Shown: positions 10,101 to 17,671, counted from the stretch's first letter. The stretch is 32,000 nucleotides of DNA from Nostoc sp. PCC 7120 = FACHB-418 (GCF_000009705.1 NC_003240.1:120001-152000), one strand, 5' to 3'. Numbers and translations: made by a program. The notes: generated by a model from the letters alone, not told the origin.

Positions 10101-10227
10101 CAAAGTCAGGAAATACATCCAGTGGCATCTGGGTGAGATTATATGTACCCCAAATTGTGACTACAATCGCTCCTAGCACAACTATCCAACGTTGGATAAT
10201 TGACCACTTAAGGATAGCATTTAACAT
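7102..10227 (-). CDS. Heavy-metal efflux RND pump (CusA/CzcA/NrsA family)
   Basis: 1041 aa with two large periplasmic loops and 12 TM segments. The TM4 signature is AIGSVVDDSIVDMEN. That is neither the CzcA-type DFG..DGA..VEN nor the CusA-type AIG..DAA..IEN. Confidence 0.95.
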   Translation of the reverse strand: MLNAILKWSIIQRWIVVLGAIVVTIWGTYNLTQMPLDVFPDFAPPQVEIQTEAPGLAPEEVETLITLPIESAVNGTPGVETVRSSSAVSISVVKVIFKWGTDVYQARQLVTERLQQVQQKLPEGVENPQISPISSPIGTVLQYAFTAETTPLMEVRRLVDQDVTNRLLAVPGISQVIAYGGDIRQYQILVDPAKLKAFNVTLDEVTAAAKGANVNAAGGFLVNPDQELIIRGLGRIESIEQLGKSAITARNGTPVLLQDVADVSIGAALKRGDGSLNGQPAIVVMVNKQPQNDTPTVTKAVEKAIAEIKVGLPKDVKVTETFRQENFIEAAIENVTSSLRDGIIIVSIILLMFLMNWRTAIITLSAIPLSVLIGMMILGLFGQGINTMTLGGLAVAIGSVVDDSIVDMENCYRGLRKNQVASNPVHPFKVVYDTSVEVRVSVIFSTVIIGVVFAPIFTLTGVEGRIFAPMGVAYLVSIFASTLVAMTLSPALCAILLANRQLPADDTWISALSQRIYRPLVNFSIRFPTIILVVAGASLVASLVILPSLGRVFLPEFQEPSLVNTVLLYPGSSLEATNQVGFALEDALKDDKRFKTVQLRAGRAAGDADAGGVNLGHLDVELSAEGLKDREGSIEKLREEFAKIPGVAPNIGGFISHRMDEVLSGVRSAIAVKIFGPDLAQLRHIGSEVQSAMTGINGLVDLQLEPQVPIRQVQIQFNREAAARYGLTVGNLTEMVETALNGQVVSQVLKDQQLFDLVVWLQLKSRNNLDIIRNLLVDTPTGQKIPLAQVASIDYGTGPNTINRENVSRLIVVSANVSGRDLGSAVEEIQSKVRETVQLPTGYFIQYGGQFESEQRATQNLLVFGGLALVIIAVLMYFAVKSVAAMLMIMINLPLALVGGIFSIALGGGIISVASLVGFITLFGVATRNGLLLVDNYNGKIAQEMPLQQVIFEGSMERLVAILMTALTSALGMIPLVIGTGAGKEILQPLAVVVLGGLFTSTALTLMVLPALYAKFGKFLLPKRTISVVEDGKVPKAVFEQ

Positions 10228-10275
10228 ATTTTGTTCAATTAATGTTCAATTAAATTACACCAAGGTTGAGTTCAA

Positions 10276-11961
10276 CTAAGATTGTGGATGCTGAGAGTCT
10301 TTTTGCTCATGCACAACTGTCGATCTAGATAAAACTGGCGACTTAGAGTTGTCGTCATAAATCTCTCTTTCAGACACATGAGCGTCTAACTCTGAGTTAT
10401 TTACTAGTATCAAAGGCGACTTACTGCGACGACCAGCCCAAAAAGTACCTGCCATAAAAGCTACAGTAGCTAGAGTAGCTCCCCCTCCTGCGGCAATCCA
10501 CCAGGGTAGTGGTAAGCTAGGCGTTTTAGTTTCCGTTACCTGTGCAGGAATTTCGGTGTGTTCGTCTGCTGTCGTCTTGGTATCACCCCGCAAAGATTGA
10601 GCGTAAAGTTGCGGCGCGCGCTGGGTAACGATCAAATCACCCTCGAATAAACCAGTTTTTACCTCAACCATGTCTTGCGAAGTTTGACCCAAGGTAACTT
10701 CAACAGGTTGATAAGCGTTACCATTCTGCACATAAACCTGTTTCTTGCCATTTGCTTCTACCACAGATGCACTGTTGATAGCCAAAACATCTGACGAAGT
10801 TTGGTTTGTCAACACTTCCAACTCAGCAAACATTCCAGGTTTGAGAACTCCACTGGAGTTATCTATTTCGGCTTTCACAGGCACAACGCGCGTATCACCT
10901 GCTACCACAGATTCAATTACGGCAATTCGTCCATTAAAGGTGCGATTAGGTACAGAAGCCACTTTCAAGCTGACTCGTTGACCAGTCTTAATTTTGTCTA
11001 AATCTTTTTCATAAATATTCGCTGTGGCAAAAACACGGCTGTCATTCACAATCGTCATTAACTTGCCACCTGCGTCCTGGAATGTTTGACCGAGAGTAAC
11101 TTCTCTGTCAGCAACCTTCCCGGAAATCGGAGCATTTACTGTCACCAGTCCTTGAGCATTAGCCCGGTTTCCCAATTGAGAAAGGCGAGTTTGATATGTG
11201 GTGCTACTAAGTTGGATTTTTGATTGGGCCAGTTCAACAGATGATTGAGCCGTTTTGAGTTTAGCCTCAGCCTCGATCACATCGCGGCGACTGTTAGCTG
11301 TGGTTAGTTTAGCCTTAGCTTCTGCTAACTGGGTTTGGGATTCTAGGGCTGTACGACGTGGCAAAGCACCAGCATCAGCTAACTGTCTATCTTTGTTATA
11401 CTTTTCTTGAGCAAATGCTACTTGGCTTTGGGCTTGAGCTATTTCAGCTGCGGCTATTTGCTGATAGCGATCGTAATTCTGCTGGGCTAGCCTCAAGTCA
11501 GCTTGTGCTTGCCGTAAATCAGCCTGACCTTGTGCTAGTTTTTCTTGGGAGTTAACCCGCAATTCCACCAAGTCAGGGCTGGATACAACAGCTACAGGTT
11601 GGCCTTTCTTGACGTTTGCACCGGGTTCTACTAGTAATTCAACTACTTTTGCCCCTGAAATTGGGGTAGTCACTTCCACTCTTTGGCTGGGTAAAGTTTC
11701 AATTTGTCCAGTAGTTTTAATACCAACTGCTAGTTTTTGGCGTTTAACTGGCTCAACTTTAATTCCTAACCGTTGGGCAGTTTGAGTATCAACTTGAATG
11801 GAACTAGTTGCCGGAGTGGCTTCACTTTCTCCTTGAAATTCATTTCCGTGTCCGCCGTGGGCTAAAACTACTATGGGGCTTGCTAATAACAGCAGGCTGA
11901 CAAGTGTACCAGAAACACAACGTATGATAACAATTGGTTGGAAACGCAAAGAGTTTGGCAT
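10276..11961 (-). CDS. RND periplasmic adaptor (CusB/CzcB/NrsB-like) with a His cluster and an extra C-terminal TM segment
   Basis: 561 aa. Signal/anchor segment, then AHGGHGNEF, a lipoyl-like region, a long coiled-coil hairpin (QADLRQAQADLRLAQQNY...) and beta-barrel regions. C-terminus: LPLPWWIAAGGGATLATVAFMAGTFWAGRR plus a roughly 55-aa tail. Lies 48 bp upstream of the pump gene. Confidence 0.9.
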   Translation of the reverse strand: MPNSLRFQPIVIIRCVSGTLVSLLLLASPIVVLAHGGHGNEFQGESEATPATSSIQVDTQTAQRLGIKVEPVKRQKLAVGIKTTGQIETLPSQRVEVTTPISGAKVVELLVEPGANVKKGQPVAVVSSPDLVELRVNSQEKLAQGQADLRQAQADLRLAQQNYDRYQQIAAAEIAQAQSQVAFAQEKYNKDRQLADAGALPRRTALESQTQLAEAKAKLTTANSRRDVIEAEAKLKTAQSSVELAQSKIQLSSTTYQTRLSQLGNRANAQGLVTVNAPISGKVADREVTLGQTFQDAGGKLMTIVNDSRVFATANIYEKDLDKIKTGQRVSLKVASVPNRTFNGRIAVIESVVAGDTRVVPVKAEIDNSSGVLKPGMFAELEVLTNQTSSDVLAINSASVVEANGKKQVYVQNGNAYQPVEVTLGQTSQDMVEVKTGLFEGDLIVTQRAPQLYAQSLRGDTKTTADEHTEIPAQVTETKTPSLPLPWWIAAGGGATLATVAFMAGTFWAGRRSKSPLILVNNSELDAHVSEREIYDDNSKSPVLSRSTVVHEQKDSQHPQS

Positions 11962-12083
11962 CGCTATCAGAAATCCTTAAGTATGAGGGCAAAGGAAGGC
12001 GATCGGGTATTTATATTTGGTAAAAAAAGCTAGCTTTTTTTAGGAGATTTTTCTGCACCTCATTCTCAGTCTTTCATCTCAAA

Positions 12084-12101
12084 ATGAAATTGGCATGAAA
12101 T
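12084..12101. promoter_or_regulatory. Direct repeat ATGAAAT-N4-ATGAAAT upstream of the RND operon
   Basis: ATGAAAT at 12084-12090 and 12095-12101, about 125 bp upstream of the adaptor start. On the minus strand it reads TTTCAT-N5-TTTCAT, then GAGAAT after 16 nt. A third, inverted half-site TTTCAT lies at 12072-12077. Confidence 0.45.
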
Positions 12102-12196
12102 TGAGAACTGAGAAACTAGCTTTCTTTGACATCTAAAATTCTCAATTGCGTCAGCAAACTTTGTACCCGTTTCTAAGTAGAAATTGAAATTTGAGA

Positions 12197-12925
12197 TTAC
12201 TGGTTATACCAAGTTTTGCGCCACTGTTTCATTTGGTTAATTTCTGTGTCTTGGGCTTTGATAATTTCTTGAGCCAAGTTTTTAATTTCAGGACGTTGAG
12301 ACTTTTGCAAGGCATCTTTCGCCATAACTACAGCTGCTTCATGGTGCGGAATCATCGCGTTAATAAAACGCAGATCAAATTCTGCATCAGCTGCACCCAA
12401 ATCTATATCCATCATCATGGCTTGCATTTGCTCAGAAGACATCTCCATCATGTGACCCATTTTGGCATCATAAGCCATTGGTTTATCTCCCGCTTTGGGA
12501 TACCAGGCTGTACGCCACTGTTTCATTTGCGTAATTTCTTGGTTTTGTGCTTTGATAATTTCGTCTGCTAGGTTTTTAATCTCAGGGCGTTTCGATTTCT
12601 GCTGTGCAACATTCGCCATTTTCACTGCTCCCTGATGGTGCGGAATCATCGCATCTATAAACCGCAAATCATAATTAGCATCGGCTGGGCCTAAATCCAT
12701 TGCCATACCGTGCTTCATACCGCTACCATGATTCATCATACCGTCATGGTTCATGGGTTGCTTATCGCTAGTATCAGTAGCAGTAGTAGGGTTTGGTGTT
12801 TGGCTTTGGTTTTGGGAGGCAGTTGTAGAACAAGCTGTTAAGAGGCCGCTAGGAACAGAGGCGATCGCTACCAAAGTCAATGACAAAAAGCTATTTTTCA
12901 GAGTAGAAAGTTGCATAGGGTTCAT
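12197..12925 (-). CDS. Secreted tandem-DUF305 protein (CopM-like periplasmic metal-binding protein)
   Basis: 242 aa with a signal peptide and lipobox-like LLTAC, plus a Met/His-rich stretch (MNHDGMMNHGSGMKHGMAM). There are two DUF305 units: DLRFIDAMIPHHQGAVKMA... and DLRFINAMIPHHEAAVVMA.... The duplication is also visible in the DNA, with a 294-nt offset. Confidence 0.85.
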   Translation of the reverse strand: MNPMQLSTLKNSFLSLTLVAIASVPSGLLTACSTTASQNQSQTPNPTTATDTSDKQPMNHDGMMNHGSGMKHGMAMDLGPADANYDLRFIDAMIPHHQGAVKMANVAQQKSKRPEIKNLADEIIKAQNQEITQMKQWRTAWYPKAGDKPMAYDAKMGHMMEMSSEQMQAMMMDIDLGAADAEFDLRFINAMIPHHEAAVVMAKDALQKSQRPEIKNLAQEIIKAQDTEINQMKQWRKTWYNQ

Positions 12926-12944
12926 CTAAATATTTCCTGATTTC

Positions 12945-12976
12945 ATTTTCAAATATCCAGTTGGCTGGAGAGTCAA
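12945..12976 (-). promoter_or_regulatory. MerR-type promoter, class A operator, driving the CopM-like gene
   Basis: Minus strand: TTGACT-CTCCAGCCAACTGGATATT-TGAAAAT. This is a -35 hexamer, a 19-nt spacer holding the dyad CTCCAG-N4-CTGGAt, then a -10-like element. It lies about 20 bp upstream of the ATG at 12925. Confidence 0.6.
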
Positions 12977-13078
12977 CCCCTTGGGTTATTTATCTTTGGC
13001 TTGGGTAATAAAATTGCCCAGATAACTAGCTATTCACAAAGCAACTGTTGCACTTACTAGATAGTTTGACAGCCAAAA

Positions 13079-13096
13079 ATGAAATCAGGATGAAAT
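13079..13096. promoter_or_regulatory. Direct repeat ATGAAAT-N4-ATGAAAT
   Basis: ATGAAAT at 13079-13085 and 13090-13096, in the divergent intergenic region between the CopM-like gene (-) and the Csp-like gene (+). Confidence 0.45.
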
Positions 13097-13140
13097 CAAA
13101 GGTTGGTGGTAGTCGTACAGATGTAAGAGTACATATCAAC

Positions 13141-13158
13141 ATGAAATCTGCATGAAAT
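13141..13158. promoter_or_regulatory. Direct repeat ATGAAAT-N4-ATGAAAT
   Basis: ATGAAAT at 13141-13147 and 13152-13158, 62 bp from the previous box and about 130 bp upstream of the ATG at 13290. Confidence 0.45.
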
Positions 13159-13289
13159 ACCCATACCTCAGTAGTTAGAAATATTTATTACCTCATTGGT
13201 ATGACGCGATCGCCTTCGCAAATCTTTAAGGTGAGTCTAAAGGCGTTATTGCCTTTGGTAAACCTAAAAAATTTCAAGAGGGTGAATAC

Positions 13290-13658
13290 ATGTCTATACA
13301 AGAACTCACTTTGAGTCAAGTGAACCAGCAGATGCAACAATGTATTCAAAACTGCTTAGACTGCCATAGCATTTGTTTAAATACCGTGACTTACTGCCTA
13401 CAAAAGGGTGGTCATCATGCCAAACCTGCTCATATTCGATTAATGCTTGATTGCGCTGAAATTTGCAATACAAGTGCTAATTTCATGCTTCGAGCTTCTG
13501 ACTTACATTCTCGTACATGCGGCGTTTGTGCTGAACTGTGTCAACGGTGTGCAGATGAGTGCGATGCTTACGGTGACGATGCTCAAATGAAAGCCTGCGC
13601 TCAGATGTGCCGTCGATGCGCGGATTCTTGCCGACAAATGGCAATGGCAACTGCATAA
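13290..13658 (+). CDS. Cys-rich four-helix-bundle copper-storage-type protein (Csp/DUF326-like); no signal peptide
   Basis: 122 aa with 16 Cys, mostly in CxxxC / CxxC heptad-like spacing: CIQNCLDCHSIC, CAEIC, CGVCAELCQRCADEC, CAQMCRRCADSC. There is no N-terminal hydrophobic leader. Confidence 0.8.
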   Translation: MSIQELTLSQVNQQMQQCIQNCLDCHSICLNTVTYCLQKGGHHAKPAHIRLMLDCAEICNTSANFMLRASDLHSRTCGVCAELCQRCADECDAYGDDAQMKACAQMCRRCADSCRQMAMATA

Positions 13659-13882
13659 GTCATCGTAAAAGCTAGCTGGCTGCCGTGTAGTATTTGCCGC
13701 AAACTGTGCTTAAAAATGCGGCAGTCAGCAAAGATAACCTTAGCACTGCAAACAGTAACTTCAGACTGATGCTGCTGGTATTCATAGCAATTTTATCGCA
13801 TATTCACCATCTAAATCTCTAAGTGTAAGCACTCACAAAGCTGCATCTAATATGTGCTTAAAAAAATTCTTCAGATGGCCTC

Positions 13883-13914
13883 TTGACTCTCCAGTGAACT
13901 GGAGCATTCAAGAT
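13883..13914 (+). promoter_or_regulatory. MerR-type promoter, class A operator, driving the ATPase operon
   Basis: TTGACT-CTCCAGTGAACTGGAGCAT-TCAAGAT. The dyad CTCCAG-N4-CTGGAG is perfect and the spacer is 19-20 bp. It lies 50 bp upstream of the ATG at 13964. Confidence 0.65.
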
Positions 13915-13963
13915 GAAATCAGTTAGTTATTAGTTAACGCTATTTAGTAACTGGAGCAGTCAG

Positions 13964-16225
13964 ATGGAGAATACCACACTCAAACTGCGTGGCATGAGTT
14001 GTGCCTCTTGTGCCAGCAGCATTGAAGACGCGATTAATTCTGTCCCTGGTGTTAATGAATGTATCGTGAATTTTGGAGCAGAACAGGCAACAATTGAGTA
14101 TGACCCCAGAAGAACTGATTTAGAAGCCATTCAAGAGGCGGTAGATGCAGCAGGTTATTCTGCCTATCCACTCCAAAAACAAAACCTGATGGCGGGAGAC
14201 GATGATGCAGAGAAAAGACATCGCTTAAGAGAATCCCGCGATTTAATGCGAAAGGTGGCGGTAGGAGGCATCATTAGCACTGTGTTAGTTATAGGTTCAT
14301 TGCCTATGATGACAGGGTTGCACTTACCCTTTATCCCAGTATGGCTGCATAATCCTTGGGTACAGTTGATACTCACTACCCCAGTCCAGTTCTGGTGTGG
14401 TTACTCCTTCTACATTAATGGATGGAAAGCCTTAAAACGTCATGCTGCCACAATGGATACCCTAATCGCTTTGGGTACAAGTGCGGCGTATTTTTATTCG
14501 CTATTTCCCACTTTATTCCCCAGCTTTTTTATCAATCAGGGGTTAACGCCAGATGTATATTATGAAACTGCTGCGGTCGTTATTACCCTAATTCTGCTAG
14601 GAAGACTATTTGAAAATCGCGCTAAAGGACAAACTTCAGAAGCTATCCGTAAGCTGATTGGGTTACAAGCTAAAACAGCGCGTTTGATTCGCAATGGACG
14701 AGAAGTAGATGTGCCAATCGAAGAAGTACAGATTGGTGATGTGATACTGGTTCGTCCTGGTGAGAAAATTCCCGTTGATGGCGAAGTAGTTGACGGGACA
14801 TCGACAATTGATGAAGGGATGGTAACAGGGGAAAGCGTGCCTGTCAAAAAGCAACCAGGCGATGAAGTGATTGGAGCTACTATTAACAAAACTGGGAGTT
14901 TTAAGTTTCGGGCAACACGAGTCGGAAGTGATACTGTGCTGGCGCAGATTGTCCAATTAGTACAGCAAGCACAGGGTTCTAAAGCCCCAATTCAGAGATT
15001 AGCAGACCAAGTAACTGGATGGTTTGTACCTGCGGTAATTGCGATCGCACTGCTCACTTTCATCATTTGGTTTAATTTTACAGGTAACGTGACTTTGGCA
15101 CTGATTACCACTGTTGGGGTACTAATTATCGCCTGTCCTTGTGCGCTGGGTTTAGCCACACCGACATCTGTAATGGTAGGAACGGGTAAAGGTGCAGAAA
15201 ATGGCATTTTGATTAAAGGTGCTGAAAGCTTGGAACTGGCGCACAAAATTCAAACAATCGTGCTGGACAAAACTGGAACCATCACTCAGGGTAAACCAAC
15301 AGTCACCGATTTTGTCACCGTCAACGGTACTGCTAATGGTAACGAAATCAGGTTGGTGCAACTTGCGGCATCTGTAGAACGCAATTCCGAACATCCATTG
15401 GCAGAAGCGGTTGTCAGATACGCCCAATCTCAAGAAGTGACGTTAGCAGATGTCAAGGAGTTTGAAGCTGTAGCAGGTAGTGGTGTGCAAGGTATAGTTT
15501 CTGATTCTCTCGTGCAAATTGGAACGCAACGCTGGATGTCAGAATTAGGCATTGACACCCAAGCCTTGCAACAGGATAAAGAGCGTTTGGAATATCTGGG
15601 TAAAACTGCAATTTGGATTGCGGTTGACAGACAAATTCAGGGATTAATGGGGATTTCTGATGCCATCAAACCTACCTCCATACAAGCAATTAGTGCTTTG
15701 CAAAAACTGGGTTTAGAGGTGGTGATGCTCACAGGTGATAATCGCCGCACCGCCGAAACCATTGCCCGTGAAGTTGGTATCAAGCGTGTTTTGGCAGAAG
15801 TTCGGCCCGACCAAAAAGCCGCTACAGTGCAGAAACTACAATCAGAAGGAAAGATTGTAGCAATGGTTGGAGATGGTATCAATGATGCACCAGCACTAGC
15901 TCAAGCCGATGTCGGAATGGCAATTGGCACTGGTACAGATGTAGCGATCGCCGCGAGTGACATCACGCTTATCTCCGGTGACTTGCGAAGCATTGTCACA
16001 GCCATTCAACTCAGCCGCGCCACAATTCGTAACATTCGTCAAAACCTATTCTTCGCCTTCATCTACAACGTTGCTGGCATTCCGATTGCTGCGGGTATTT
16101 TGTTCCCCATCTTCGGTTGGTTACTTAACCCCATTATTGCAGGTGCAGCAATGGCATTTAGTTCGGTTTCAGTGGTTACGAATGCCCTACGTCTGCGTAA
16201 ATTTCAAGCTAAACCAGTAGCATAA
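13964..16225 (+). CDS. Cu(I)-translocating P1B-1-type ATPase
   Basis: 753 aa. N-terminal HMA domain [10 protein letters not shown], then [25 protein letters not shown] and GDGINDAP. The Cu(I) signatures are N-x6-YN-x4-P ([14 protein letters not shown]) and P-x6-M-x2-SS-x5-N ([18 protein letters not shown]). Confidence 0.95.
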   Translation: MENTTLKLRGMSCASCASSIEDAINSVPGVNECIVNFGAEQATIEYDPRRTDLEAIQEAVDAAGYSAYPLQKQNLMAGDDDAEKRHRLRESRDLMRKVAVGGIISTVLVIGSLPMMTGLHLPFIPVWLHNPWVQLILTTPVQFWCGYSFYINGWKALKRHAATMDTLIALGTSAAYFYSLFPTLFPSFFINQGLTPDVYYETAAVVITLILLGRLFENRAKGQTSEAIRKLIGLQAKTARLIRNGREVDVPIEEVQIGDVILVRPGEKIPVDGEVVDGTSTIDEGMVTGESVPVKKQPGDEVIGATINKTGSFKFRATRVGSDTVLAQIVQLVQQAQGSKAPIQRLADQVTGWFVPAVIAIALLTFIIWFNFTGNVTLALITTVGVLIIACPCALGLATPTSVMVGTGKGAENGILIKGAESLELAHKIQTIVLDKTGTITQGKPTVTDFVTVNGTANGNEIRLVQLAASVERNSEHPLAEAVVRYAQSQEVTLADVKEFEAVAGSGVQGIVSDSLVQIGTQRWMSELGIDTQALQQDKERLEYLGKTAIWIAVDRQIQGLMGISDAIKPTSIQAISALQKLGLEVVMLTGDNRRTAETIAREVGIKRVLAEVRPDQKAATVQKLQSEGKIVAMVGDGINDAPALAQADVGMAIGTGTDVAIAASDITLISGDLRSIVTAIQLSRATIRNIRQNLFFAFIYNVAGIPIAAGILFPIFGWLLNPIIAGAAMAFSSVSVVTNALRLRKFQAKPVA

Positions 16226-16236
16226 GGAGGTAGCAA

Positions 16237-17148
16237 ATGTTGAGTAAAATAATTCTTAGCAGTATAGCAGGCTTGGGATTGGCATTCAGTGTTGCCTCAA
16301 ATAAAGTAAAAGTAGTTGCACAGATGAATCATCAAATGCCAGCTACCGAGAGATCGCAGACAACTCAGTTCCGCCGCATTGAGCAACCACTGTGGGTAAA
16401 AGGTGCAGTTACAACAGTCGGCTTGGGGTTAATCGGACTAGAAATCTGGTGGTTTCTCCTCAGTAAACCAAAGTCTCAAAAAGCCGAAGCCCGTGATGGT
16501 ATTCAAGAAGTTGGCATTACTGTAGATGGAGGCTATGAACCTAGTCGAATTCTAGTCAATGCAGGTCAAAGAGTCCGCCTTAATTTCCTACGTCGCGATC
16601 CTAGTAGTTGTCTTGAAGAAATACGCCTACCTGATTTCCATATTGCCAAAAACCTACCACTCAACGAAGTTACACCCATTGAGTTCACATCCGACAAACC
16701 AGGTACTTATACCTTCAACTGCGGTATGAATATGTTCCGAGGAGTTATAGAAGTTCAACCTACTGACTCGACTGCAAAAGCAACCTCAGTAACTACTTCT
16801 CAATCTACTCACCAGATTCAACCAGAGCTTTCTTTGCCTACAGAGTCAGCAACAAAAGCAGTGAAAACACCAGAAGGTACTCAAGAAGCGACTATTACGG
16901 TTGAAAAGGGTTACAAACCGGAACGAGTAATTGTAGAGGTGGGACAACCAGTGAGATTGGATTTCCAACGTCACAATCTGAGCAAGTGCTTTGATAAATT
17001 GCTAATACCAGACTTTGACTTAGCTGTTAACCTTGCTCCTAACCAAACCACTTCAGTGGAATTTACACCTAAGTATCCTGGTGAATATCAGTTCACTTGC
17101 GGTATGAAAATGTATCGTGGTGTTGTGGAAGTAAAGCCTGCCACATAA
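16237..17148 (+). CDS. Membrane-anchored protein with two cupredoxin-like domains
   Basis: 303 aa with a signal/TM segment. Two paralogous units are ITVDGGYEPSRILVNAGQRVRLNF...SSC...FNCGMNMFRGVIEVQP and ITVEKGYKPERVIVEVGQPVRLDF...SKC...FTCGMKMYRGVVEVKP. The start is 12 bp after the ATPase stop, with a GGAGG upstream. Confidence 0.8.
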   Translation: MLSKIILSSIAGLGLAFSVASNKVKVVAQMNHQMPATERSQTTQFRRIEQPLWVKGAVTTVGLGLIGLEIWWFLLSKPKSQKAEARDGIQEVGITVDGGYEPSRILVNAGQRVRLNFLRRDPSSCLEEIRLPDFHIAKNLPLNEVTPIEFTSDKPGTYTFNCGMNMFRGVIEVQPTDSTAKATSVTTSQSTHQIQPELSLPTESATKAVKTPEGTQEATITVEKGYKPERVIVEVGQPVRLDFQRHNLSKCFDKLLIPDFDLAVNLAPNQTTSVEFTPKYPGEYQFTCGMKMYRGVVEVKPAT

Positions 17149-17187
17149 TCCAGTAGCAAATAATTAGCAAGATGATCCTGTTCTCAC

Positions 17188-17219
17188 TTGACTCTCCAGC
17201 TAACTGGAGAGTTTAAGAT
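17188..17219 (+). promoter_or_regulatory. MerR-type promoter, class A operator, in front of the MerR-family gene itself
   Basis: TTGACT-CTCCAGCTAACTGGAGAGT-TTAAGAT. The dyad arms extend to 9 bp (GACTCTCCAG/CTGGAGAGTt). It lies 39 bp upstream of the ATG at 17258. Confidence 0.65.
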
Positions 17220-17257
17220 AAGGTAAATAAACTTATTTAACATGAGAGCAGCTAAAT

Positions 17258-17671
17258 ATGCTAGTCCAAGAAGAGCCAAAACTCATTGGTAATGTTGCCA
17301 AGTCTAGCGGTGTACCTATTAAAACTATTCGCTACTATGAAGAACTTGGTCTACTCAAATCATCAGCAAGAACAGAAGGCGGATTTAGATTATTTAACTC
17401 TGATGTTTTGGAGCGACTGCACTTTATTAAACGCGCTCAAAGCTTAGGATTAAGCTTGTCAGAAATTAAGGAATTTTTAAATGTTCATGATGGAGGGGAA
17501 TTACCTTGTGAGCATATAAAAATTAAACTAGAAGATAAGATTAAAGCTATTGATGAACAAATTCATCAATTACTGATTTTGAGACAAGAATTATCAGGAT
17601 TAGTTTCTGGTTGGGAAACCATACCTGAAAATCCTGAAAAAACAATTTGTCCTATTATTGAAAGAAATTAA
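17258..17671 (+). CDS. MerR-family heavy-metal-responsive transcriptional regulator (CueR/HmrR-like)
   Basis: 137 aa. HTH region IGNVAKSSGVPIKTIRYYEELGLL...GFRLF, then RLHFIKRAQSLGLSLSEIKEFL, a dimerisation helix and candidate ligand residues (LPCEH, TICP). Confidence 0.9.
   Translation: MLVQEEPKLIGNVAKSSGVPIKTIRYYEELGLLKSSARTEGGFRLFNSDVLERLHFIKRAQSLGLSLSEIKEFLNVHDGGELPCEHIKIKLEDKIKAIDEQIHQLLILRQELSGLVSGWETIPENPEKTICPIIERN

Noticed and set aside
12191-12571. 126-aa + strand ORF with an internally repeated sequence
   Set aside because: It is antisense to the tandem-DUF305 gene. Its internal repeat only mirrors the DUF305 duplication on the other strand.
13675-13729. Inverted repeat gctggctgccg / cggcagtcagc with a nested tgccgca / tgcggca, between the Csp-like gene and the ATPase promoter
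   Set aside because: It could be a terminator or attenuator. It has no U-run and a 33-nt loop, so I cannot support a terminator call from sequence alone.
14164-16220. Track ORFs 14164..14376, 14560..14889, 14663..14956, 14992..15246, 15152..15433 and 15637..15882 (-), plus 15957..16220 (+)
   Set aside because: They are antisense or out of frame within the P1B-ATPase gene, which has every canonical motif. These are shadow ORFs.
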